A DNA stretch of 64,000 nt from positions 16,034 to 80,033 of the forward strand of contig BEIL01000001.1 in assembly GCA_002898235.1 (NCBI GenBank). The letters run 5' to 3'. The translations under genes were made by a program, and so were the position numbers. This stretch comes from a bacterium HR35 (lineage in GTDB: Bacteria > Patescibacteriota > Minisyncoccia > UBA6257 > HR35). How positions within the stretch are numbered: position 1 is the stretch's first letter; each line of letters starts with the position of its first letter. Positions 49,622 through 57,207 of this stretch are shown one piece after another. The notes below the pieces were generated by a model that made no database searches, was not told the DNA's origin, and worked only from the letters and a program-made list of their open reading frames with translations.

Positions 49622-51303
49622 TTTTATTTTTAGGGATATTAAACTTTTTAGTTTTTAAAGGAGTTTTCGCTGCCTCAATTTATCTTTCTCCAGCACAAAA
49701 AACAGTTAATGTCGGTGATAGTTTTAGTATTGTTGTTTATGTTGAATCTTCTGATCAAGCAATGAATGCTGTTTCTTTTAGATTAAGCTTTCCTAAGGAT
49801 TTACTTAAGGTTAATAATGTTTCTAAGGCTGGAAGTATTATTAATTTTTGGGTTCAAGAACCTCAAGTTTCAGCTGAAGAAATTTTTACTGAAGGAGTAG
49901 TTTTAAATCCTGGTTATCAAGGAAGTGCTGGAAAAATTTTAACAATTAATTTTAAAGCTTTAAAAGAGGGAACTGCTGATTTAAATTTTATTTCTGGTAG
50001 CGTTTTAGCTAATGATGGGCAGGGAACAAATATTTTAAAAAGTTTAAATTCAGCAACAATTAAAATTAGACCTAAAGTAAAAGAAGAAAAAACAAAAGAT
50101 GTTTTTCAACAAACTTCTTTTATCCCAGCTCCAATAATTATTTCTCCAACGCATCCTAGCCAAAATAAATGGTATAACATAAAAGAAGCCAAGTTAGTAT
50201 GGAATTTACCAGAAAATATTAACGAAGTAAGAACCTTACTTGGACAAAATCCAAATGCTTATCCTCAAGTAAGTTATATTCCACCAATAAATTCGAAAGA
50301 TGTTACTACCCCCTATGATGGTGTTTGGTATTTTTCTCTTCAATTTTGTAATGAAACTAGTTGTTCAGATATAGGAAGATATAAACTCCAAATAGATACA
50401 ACACCTCCAACTGTAAATTTGAAAGAAATTCAGAGAGAAGATTTAACTGACCCAAGAGTAAAAATTTATATTGATGCTAAAGACGATCTTTCTGGAATTG
50501 ATTATTATTTAATAAATATAAATGGAAAAACTGAAAAATGGATTGATGATGGTACTCATATTTATCAACTAAAAGATTTAAAACCTGGTCAATATGAAAT
50601 TTCAGTTAAAGTTTTTGACAAAGCAGGGAATAATAATGAGGCTAAATTAAGTTTTGAAATAAAACCATTAGAACCACCAGAAATTACTGATTATCCAAAA
50701 GAAGTTGTTTTGGGTGAACCAGTTATTATTAAAGGAAGAACAAAGTATCCAAATGTCGATGTTTATGTTTATTTAGAGCATCAAAAGGGCGCAAAAGTTG
50801 TTAATAATACTAAAACAAAAGAAAATGGTGAATTTGAAATAATGGTTAATAATTTATCAGCTGGAGTTTATAAAGCTTATGCTCAATTTAGGGATGAAAT
50901 AGGTCGAGAGTCTTTGCCGAGTGATTATGTAAATATTGTTGTAAGAGTGCCTTATCTTATTGAAGTTTTTGGCTTGAAAATAAATATATTTAATGTTCTT
51001 ATTCTGTTTATTAGTTTAATCATAGTTTTAATCCTAGGAATCACATATTATCTTAGAAAACTTAATCAAATAAGAGAAAGAGTAGAAAAAGAAACAAAAG
51101 ATTTGCATAATGCAATCCATAATTTTATAAAATATCTTCATTCAAGATTTGAAGAACAAATAAAACTTTTACAAGAAACAAAGAATAAAAGAGAATTAAC
51201 CGAAGAAGAAAACAAAATTCTACATGAGCTTGAAGAAAAATTAGATAAATTAAATAAGTATTTACATAAAGAAATTAAAGATATTGAAGAGATTTTTAAG
51301 TAA
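49600..51303 (+). CDS. Cohesin-like + Ig-like domains + TM + cytoplasmic coiled coil
   Basis: Signal peptide; ASIYLSP..VGDSFSI.V..MNAV..FWVQEP..VLANDGQGT; IDTTPP and DKAGN Ig repeats; TM and helical tail. Confidence 0.8.
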   Translation: MAFKNKIILFLGILNFLVFKGVFAASIYLSPAQKTVNVGDSFSIVVYVESSDQAMNAVSFRLSFPKDLLKVNNVSKAGSIINFWVQEPQVSAEEIFTEGVVLNPGYQGSAGKILTINFKALKEGTADLNFISGSVLANDGQGTNILKSLNSATIKIRPKVKEEKTKDVFQQTSFIPAPIIISPTHPSQNKWYNIKEAKLVWNLPENINEVRTLLGQNPNAYPQVSYIPPINSKDVTTPYDGVWYFSLQFCNETSCSDIGRYKLQIDTTPPTVNLKEIQREDLTDPRVKIYIDAKDDLSGIDYYLININGKTEKWIDDGTHIYQLKDLKPGQYEISVKVFDKAGNNNEAKLSFEIKPLEPPEITDYPKEVVLGEPVIIKGRTKYPNVDVYVYLEHQKGAKVVNNTKTKENGEFEIMVNNLSAGVYKAYAQFRDEIGRESLPSDYVNIVVRVPYLIEVFGLKINIFNVLILFISLIIVLILGITYYLRKLNQIRERVEKETKDLHNAIHNFIKYLHSRFEEQIKLLQETKNKRELTEEENKILHELEEKLDKLNKYLHKEIKDIEEIFK

Positions 51304-51322
51304 TTAATTTATAATATAAATA

Positions 51323-52480
51323 ATGCTTAATCCAGAATTAAAATTGAATCCAAAAATTTTTGATGAAGATATTGAGCAAAAGCCAATTAGAGATGGTTAT
51401 AGTGATGCTTTGGTTGAGCTTGGAGAAAAAAATCCTGATGTTGTTGTTTTAACTGCTGATTTAGCTGAATCAACCAGAGCTCATAAATTTGCCGAAAAAT
51501 TTCCTGAAAGATTTATTGAATGCGGAGTGGCTGAACAAAATATGGCTGGTATTGCTGCTGGTTTAGGTGTAAGTGGTAAAATTGCTTTTATTTCCTCTTA
51601 TGCAACTTTTTCTCCTGGCAAAAATTGGGAAACAATTAGAACAACAATAATTTATAATGATTCAAATGTAAAAATTGCCGGTCATCATTCAGGAATTGTT
51701 ACTGGTCCTGATGGTGCCACTCATCAAGCAACCGAAGATATAGCTATTATGAGATGCTTACCGAATGTTAGAATAATTTCTCCTTGTGACTTTTGGGAAG
51801 CAAAAAAAGCAACTTTATATTCAGCAGAAGTTTATGGTCCTTTTTATATTAGATATGTAAGAGATAAAACACCTATAATAACAACAGAAGAAACACCTTT
51901 TAGATTTGGAAAAATTGAAGAATTCTGGATACCAAACACAGACCATACACGGACTATACACGGACAGAACAGACAAAATAATAAGTCCGAACAGTCTGAG
52001 TCTAGTCCGAATCAGTCCGTGTTAAGTCCAAACAAGTCCGTGTCTAGTCCGAACAAGTCCGTGAGTATGCAGAATAACGCAGATAAAAATATAGTTGCTA
52101 TTTTTGCAACTGGACATCTAGTTTATCAGGCACTTTTGGCTGCTAAAGAATTAGAAGAGGAGGGAATAGATGTTTATGTTTTGAATGTTCATACAATAAA
52201 ACCACTTGATGTTGAAAAAATTTTTGAAATTGCAAAAAAAGTTAGAGGAATAGTTACTTTAGAAGACCACCAAGTTCAAGGAGGAATGGGAAGCGCAATT
52301 AGTGAAGCTTTAATGAATATTGATTTTCAAAAACAATATGGCCTTTTTTCTGTTCCTCCGATTAAATTTTTAGGACTTCAAAATACTTTTGGTGAATCGG
52401 GCAAACCCAATGAATTAATTCAAAAATATGGAATGGATAAAGAGGCAGTAAAAAAGGCGGTTTATGAGTTTCTTAAATGA
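51323..52480 (+). CDS. Transketolase, C-terminal subunit, with a ~50-aa repeat-derived insertion
   Basis: ADLAEST, GVAEQNM, GPDGATHQ, TIKPLD, EDHQ..GGMGS, FGESG. Confidence 0.93.
   Translation: MLNPELKLNPKIFDEDIEQKPIRDGYSDALVELGEKNPDVVVLTADLAESTRAHKFAEKFPERFIECGVAEQNMAGIAAGLGVSGKIAFISSYATFSPGKNWETIRTTIIYNDSNVKIAGHHSGIVTGPDGATHQATEDIAIMRCLPNVRIISPCDFWEAKKATLYSAEVYGPFYIRYVRDKTPIITTEETPFRFGKIEEFWIPNTDHTRTIHGQNRQNNKSEQSESSPNQSVLSPNKSVSSPNKSVSMQNNADKNIVAIFATGHLVYQALLAAKELEEEGIDVYVLNVHTIKPLDVEKIFEIAKKVRGIVTLEDHQVQGGMGSAISEALMNIDFQKQYGLFSVPPIKFLGLQNTFGESGKPNELIQKYGMDKEAVKKAVYEFLK
51934..52085. repeat. Two-armed (inverted) decamer-family element in frame within transketolase
   Basis: Left arm AAACACAGAC CATACACGGAC TATACACGGAC AGAACAGAC; A-rich spacer; right arm of 8 GTCC/GTCT-starting units mostly alternating 11/10 bp (51985-52065); tail TAACGCAGAT. 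Confidence 0.9.
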
Positions 52481-53172
52481 AAATTGACGAAAAAACTAAA
52501 ATTATTCTGCTTAATATTGACAAAAAATTCAAATTTTTAAAAGCAAACCTTAAAGATAATGTTTTAGTTATTTTACCTCTAAAAAAAATTCTAAGCTATT
52601 TTGATCAAAAGGAAAAAATAATCTTAAAAAAATTCTTAAAATTAAAACCTAAAAATAAATTAACTTATTTAGGTGATGTTAGAAAAAAATATAAGTTTAT
52701 TATTCTTAAAAACGAAACATATTATCGAGACGGAAAAAGGATTAAACTTTATGCTCGCTATTTACCAACTCATGTTTACAGAGCTTTTAATTTAATGAGA
52801 AAAGCAATTAAAAAAGAAATTGGAAAAGAAATTGTTTTAGAATCAGGCTATCGATCGTTAGGTTACCAACTTTTAATTTTAATTCAAGAATTAATTAAGG
52901 ATAACTTTAATTTGAAAAAAACTTTAAAGAAAATAGCTCTACCTGGTTATAGTGAGCATAATGATTATTTTAAAACTGCCATTGATGTTATTACTAAAAA
53001 TGGAATTCCTTTAAACGAAAAAGAAACAAAAATTTTTATTAAAACAGATGAATATAATTGGTTAATTAAAAATGCTGAAAAGTTTGGTTTTTATCAAAGT
53101 TTTTCAATTAATAACAAACATTACATTTTCGAACCTTGGCATTGGCGTTATTTAGGTAATGGAAACAATTAA
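52477..53172 (+). CDS. D-Ala-D-Ala carboxypeptidase (VanY/M15B-like)
   Basis: SGYRS..Q, ALPGYSEH..AID, EPWHWRY. Confidence 0.85.
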   Translation: MKIDEKTKIILLNIDKKFKFLKANLKDNVLVILPLKKILSYFDQKEKIILKKFLKLKPKNKLTYLGDVRKKYKFIILKNETYYRDGKRIKLYARYLPTHVYRAFNLMRKAIKKEIGKEIVLESGYRSLGYQLLILIQELIKDNFNLKKTLKKIALPGYSEHNDYFKTAIDVITKNGIPLNEKETKIFIKTDEYNWLIKNAEKFGFYQSFSINNKHYIFEPWHWRYLGNGNN

Positions 53173-54430
53173 AATAACCTTTGAAAAAATAGGACATAAC
53201 GGCGTAAGTATAGGAAAATTCGAAAATAAAATCGTTTTTGCTTATGGGATTTTACCAGGTGAAGAAGCTTTAGTTAAAGTAATTAAAAATAAAAAAAATT
53301 TTATTGAAGCAGAAGTTTTGGAAATTTTAAATAAATCACCTTATAGAGTTGAAGCTAAAGAAAATCATTATCTTTCTTGCTCTCCCTGGCAAACTTTTTC
53401 TTATGATTGGCAAGTAAAAATTAAAAAAGACCTTCTTAAAGAAATTTATTTAAAGTTTGCTAATATTGAAATTGAACTAAAAAATTTTAATAGAGCAAAA
53501 GAAATCTTTGGTTATCGAACTAAAATTGAATATAGCTTTTTAGAAGAAAATGAGAAAAACTGGTTTGCTTTTTATAAGAGAGGAAGTTTTAAAGAAAAGA
53601 TAAAATTAGAAAATGGTTGTTTATTAATGGATGAACAAGCTAATTATTTAGCTTTAGAGGTTTTAAAAGAAATAAACAAGAAAAGATTAAAAAATCTTAA
53701 AAGTTTAATTATTAGAAAAGCTAAAAGAACTTCTGATATTCATATTTCTGTACTGACAAAAGACAAAGATCAATCATTTGTTTATAAAAATGATAAACTT
53801 TCTGGTTTTGTATTTGCTTTTTCTAATCCTAAAAGTCCGGCTAGTCGGTTTGATAAAGTTTTAAATTCTTGGGGCAGAGAATATTTAAAAGAAAAAATAT
53901 TAAATCTTGAAATTCTCTATCCTTATAATTCTTTTTTTCAAAACAATATTGAACTATTTGAAGAAGCTTTAAGAGTGATGATTGAAAATAGTGAGGATTT
54001 TAAAAAAGTAGTTGATTTGTATTCTGGAGTTGGAGTTATTGGTTTAAGTTTAAAAGAAAAGGCAAAAGAAATTTTAGCTGTTGATATTGACAAAAGTTCT
54101 ATTAGTTATGCTAAACTAAATGCTGAAATTAATGGTATTAATAACTTTAAAGCTTTGGTTTTGCCTTCTGAAAAAATTTCATCTGAATTATTAGAAAAAG
54201 TTGATTTATTAATTTTAGATCCGCCACGAGCTGGCCTCCATAAAAAATTAATTGATTTAATTTTAAAAACTAAACCAGAAAATATCTTTTATCTTTCTTG
54301 TAATCCAATAACCCAAGCTCGAGATTTTAATTTTTTAAAAAATGAGTATAAAATTAAAGGAGTTTATGGTTTTGATTTTTATCCCAATACTCCTCATTTA
54401 GAATGCCTTCTTATTTTAAAAAGGAAATGA
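53159..54430 (+). CDS. RlmD/TrmA-family RNA m5U methyltransferase with a TRAM domain
   Basis: LPGE, YRTKIE, SFFQNN, DLYSGVG, LDPPRAG, YLSCNP.TQARD, DFYPNTPHLE. Confidence 0.9.
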   Translation: METIKITFEKIGHNGVSIGKFENKIVFAYGILPGEEALVKVIKNKKNFIEAEVLEILNKSPYRVEAKENHYLSCSPWQTFSYDWQVKIKKDLLKEIYLKFANIEIELKNFNRAKEIFGYRTKIEYSFLEENEKNWFAFYKRGSFKEKIKLENGCLLMDEQANYLALEVLKEINKKRLKNLKSLIIRKAKRTSDIHISVLTKDKDQSFVYKNDKLSGFVFAFSNPKSPASRFDKVLNSWGREYLKEKILNLEILYPYNSFFQNNIELFEEALRVMIENSEDFKKVVDLYSGVGVIGLSLKEKAKEILAVDIDKSSISYAKLNAEINGINNFKALVLPSEKISSELLEKVDLLILDPPRAGLHKKLIDLILKTKPENIFYLSCNPITQARDFNFLKNEYKIKGVYGFDFYPNTPHLECLLILKRK

Positions 54431-55104
54431 AACCAATAAAAATTTCTCGGTCAAAAATAGAATTATTTTTAGATTGTCCAAGATGTTTTTGGTTAGAAGT
54501 AAAGAAGAAAATTAAAAGACCAGAAAAATTTACGGCTACTCATCTAGGCAATAAATATGATCCATTTCTCAAAAAAGTTTTTGATGAATATCGAAGACAA
54601 AATAAAAAACCAAAAGAGTTGGAAGAATTCGATTTCGAACTTTATAAAGATTATCAGAAATTGGAAATTTGGCGGAAGAAAGGAGTTGAATATTTCCATC
54701 CTAAGCATAAAATAATTTACTATGGCGAAATTGATGATTTGCTTATAAAAGAAAATAAATATTTAATTCCTTTTGATTTTAAAACAACTCTTAGTAAAGA
54801 ATTTCAGGTTTATGAGAGTTATAAAAGGCAGCTAGAGATTTATGGTTATCTCTTAAAAAAACAAGGAGAAGAAGTTTTAAATTTAGGAGTCTTTTATGTA
54901 GTTAGGGTTGATATTAATGAAAATTTTGAAAAAATAGAAGAAAGAAAAATAGTTATCTTAGAAAATTTGAATTACGAAATTTACGACGAGGTTTTAGAAA
55001 AATTAAAAGAGACCTATTTTAGCCTTCAAGAGCCAGAACCAAGCGAAAACTGTCCTTTTTGTTTAAGAGATTTTCAAATTAAAAACTTATATAAAAATGA
55101 ATAA
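54427..55104 (+). CDS. PD-(D/E)xK nuclease family protein (start revised to ATG 54427)
   Basis: ISRSKIELFLDCPRCFW, GEIDD, FDFKT, QLEIY, CPFC; ATGA overlap with the upstream stop. Confidence 0.8.
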   Translation: MKPIKISRSKIELFLDCPRCFWLEVKKKIKRPEKFTATHLGNKYDPFLKKVFDEYRRQNKKPKELEEFDFELYKDYQKLEIWRKKGVEYFHPKHKIIYYGEIDDLLIKENKYLIPFDFKTTLSKEFQVYESYKRQLEIYGYLLKKQGEEVLNLGVFYVVRVDINENFEKIEERKIVILENLNYEIYDEVLEKLKETYFSLQEPEPSENCPFCLRDFQIKNLYKNE

Positions 55105-55423
55105 TTTTTTAGAAGAATTTTTGAATAATTTTAAATTTGAGGAATTAATTAATGAAATTTTTAAATTTAAATTTAGTTTATTTAATTTTCAAAGCCTTCC
55201 TTATCAGCTTAAATTTATAATTAATTACGCTTCTTCAACTAATATTATTTTCTTTCTAATTGTTTTTTTCTTCCTTTTCTTTTTGGTAAGAATATTTTTG
55301 AAAGTTGTCCAACATATTTTAAATTTAATTGTTACTTTTTGGCTAACAATTTTAGTTTTTTATTTTTTAATCAGAACTGGTTTGGTAGATGAATTTTTCA
55401 AACTTTTCCAGCGGTTCTTTTAA
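55097..55423 (+). CDS. Small hypothetical membrane protein
   Basis: Two hydrophobic segments; start overlaps the upstream gene. Confidence 0.55.
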   Translation: MNNFLEEFLNNFKFEELINEIFKFKFSLFNFQSLPYQLKFIINYASSTNIIFFLIVFFFLFFLVRIFLKVVQHILNLIVTFWLTILVFYFLIRTGLVDEFFKLFQRFF

Positions 55424-55858
55424 CCAAGGAAAAACTTTTTCTTTTGCTTCTTCCAAGTTAAAATAACTCATTTTGTCAACTTCAGGAATTTTTATAAAAT
55501 TTTTACTTTTATGAGGAAATTCAATCTCAATTAAATTGCTTTGAGGAATTAGATTATCTCCAAAATCTTTCTCAATGACGAAAAAATAAATTGTTTTTTT
55601 ATCACTCTTTCTAGTAAAACTTTCAAAAAATTTTATTTTTTCTAAATCATTTGAGGAGAATTTTAAACCTGTTTCTTCTTCGAATTCCCTTAAAGCTGCT
55701 TGAAGAGGACTTTCATTTTCTTTAAATTCACCTTTAGGAATATCCCAGAAACCCTTATCTTTGTTTTTGTAAAACGGTCCGCCAGGATGAACTAATAGAA
55801 TTTCAATAAAATTATTCTTTTTTCTATAGACAATAAAACCGGCGCTTCTTTTTTTCAT
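55367..55858 (-). CDS. NUDIX hydrolase
   Basis: LLVHPGGPF..WDIPKGE..AALREFEEETG; PEVD. Confidence 0.92.
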   Translation of the reverse strand: MKKRSAGFIVYRKKNNFIEILLVHPGGPFYKNKDKGFWDIPKGEFKENESPLQAALREFEEETGLKFSSNDLEKIKFFESFTRKSDKKTIYFFVIEKDFGDNLIPQSNLIEIEFPHKSKNFIKIPEVDKMSYFNLEEAKEKVFPWLKEPLEKFEKFIYQTSSD

Positions 55859-55885
55859 TTTTTTATTTTAAAATATTTTAAAGAA

Positions 55886-56008
55886 ATGATTAAGAAAATT
55901 AAAGACCTGTTAATAAATAAACTTAAAGAAATTAGAAAAAAAGGAATAATTTTAAGACCAGCAAGATTAAAACCTATTGTTCAGAAGTTAAAAATTAAAA
56001 AAAGATAA
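55886..56008 (+). CDS. Putative 40-aa basic small protein (not in the ORF track)
   Basis: MIKKIKDLLINKLKEIRKKGIILRPARLKPIVQKLKIKKR*; its TAA directly abuts the rimP ATG. Confidence 0.4.
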   Translation: MIKKIKDLLINKLKEIRKKGIILRPARLKPIVQKLKIKKR

Positions 56009-56272
56009 ATGGCTTTAGCTGAAAAGATAAAAGAATTGACCCAAGAAACAATCGAAGATCTTGGTTATAAAATAAAAAAAATTGAAATAGGCAGAGAAGG
56101 AAGTAAAAGAACGGTGACTATTTATATCACTAAAGATGAAGGCTATATAAGCATTAATGATTGTGTTATCGTTTCCCGAGCTGTTGATCCTATTTTAGAA
56201 AAAGCTGACCTTATTAAAGAAAAATGGATTTTAATCGTTTCTTCTCCTGGAGAAGATGAAAAAGAAAGTTAA
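56009..56272 (+). CDS. rimP: Ribosome maturation factor RimP, N-terminal domain only
   Basis: ISINDCVIVSRAVDPILE..LIVSSPG. Confidence 0.8.
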   Translation: MALAEKIKELTQETIEDLGYKIKKIEIGREGSKRTVTIYITKDEGYISINDCVIVSRAVDPILEKADLIKEKWILIVSSPGEDEKES

Positions 56273-56930
56273 AGAAACAAAAAATTTGGAAAAAAGAAAA
56301 AAAATATTTGAAATTATCAATAAAGAACTTAAAAGACTTTTTCCTCAAGCTAAAATTGCTTTAAATTTTTCCAATCCGTGGGAACTTTTAGTTGCTGTAA
56401 TTTTATCAGCTCAAACAACTGACAAGAAAGTAAATGAAATTACTGAAAAACTTTTTAAAAAATATAAAACACTCGAAGATTATGCTAAAGCTAATTTAAA
56501 AGAATTTCAAGAGGATATTAGGGGAGTTAATTATTATAAAAATAAAGCTAAGTTCATTTTAGAAAATGCAAAAATAATTAAAGAAAAATTTAATGGTCAA
56601 GTACCAAAAACAATGGAGGAATTGCTGCAACTTAAAGGAGTTGCTCGCAAAACTGCTAATATTGTTCTTTCAGTTGCTTATAATATTTATGAAGGCATTG
56701 CTGTAGATACTCATGTTAAAAGACTTTCGAAACTTTTAGGATTAACTAAAGAAACTAAACCTGAAAAAATAGAAAAAGATTTGATGGCAATTATTCCAAA
56801 AGGACCAGAATGGCGCGATTTTCCTTTGAGATTAATTCAATATGGAAGAGAATATTGTCCAGCGAGAAAACACAATCATAATAATTGCCCTCTTAATTTA
56901 GCTTTAAAAAGAGCCAGAATAAAAATTTAG
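56256..56930 (+). CDS. nth: Endonuclease III
   Basis: LLVAVILSAQTTDKKVN, HhH LKGVARKTANIV, VDTHVKR. Confidence 0.93.
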   Translation: MKKKVKETKNLEKRKKIFEIINKELKRLFPQAKIALNFSNPWELLVAVILSAQTTDKKVNEITEKLFKKYKTLEDYAKANLKEFQEDIRGVNYYKNKAKFILENAKIIKEKFNGQVPKTMEELLQLKGVARKTANIVLSVAYNIYEGIAVDTHVKRLSKLLGLTKETKPEKIEKDLMAIIPKGPEWRDFPLRLIQYGREYCPARKHNHNNCPLNLALKRARIKI

Positions 56931-57199
56931 AGATTTTGAGATAGTTTTTGAGAAATTTGAGTCAAAAAAGAATTAAGCTCCTCCTCAGGGAAAAGTGTTT
57001 TTAATTTTTCATAATAATAAATAATGATTTCTTGAAGCTGACTAAAGTCTTGAAGATTTTTACTTTCAGCTAATTTCAAAACTTCCTCTTTTATTTTAGC
57101 TAAGTTTTGTATATTATCTGGATTAGGAAATTTTTCATTTAATTCTTTATTAACCATATCCAAAAATTCATTCAAATAACCAATTAAAATTTTATTCAT
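56927..57199 (-). CDS. Hypothetical helical protein
   Basis: 90-aa ORF continuing the dnaB-recR-pheST run. Confidence 0.6.
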   Translation of the reverse strand: MNKILIGYLNEFLDMVNKELNEKFPNPDNIQNLAKIKEEVLKLAESKNLQDFSQLQEIIIYYYEKLKTLFPEEELNSFLTQISQKLSQNL

Positions 57200-57207
57200 T
57201 TTAATTA

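Noticed and set aside
41941-52085. Short repeat arrays as CRISPR arrays
   Set aside because: Units are 7-11 bp and contiguous, with no unique spacers and no cas genes
54427-55104. PD-(D/E)xK protein as Cas4 of a CRISPR system
   Set aside because: Housekeeping context, no array or other cas genes, and the Cys layout differs from the 1+3 Cas4 pattern
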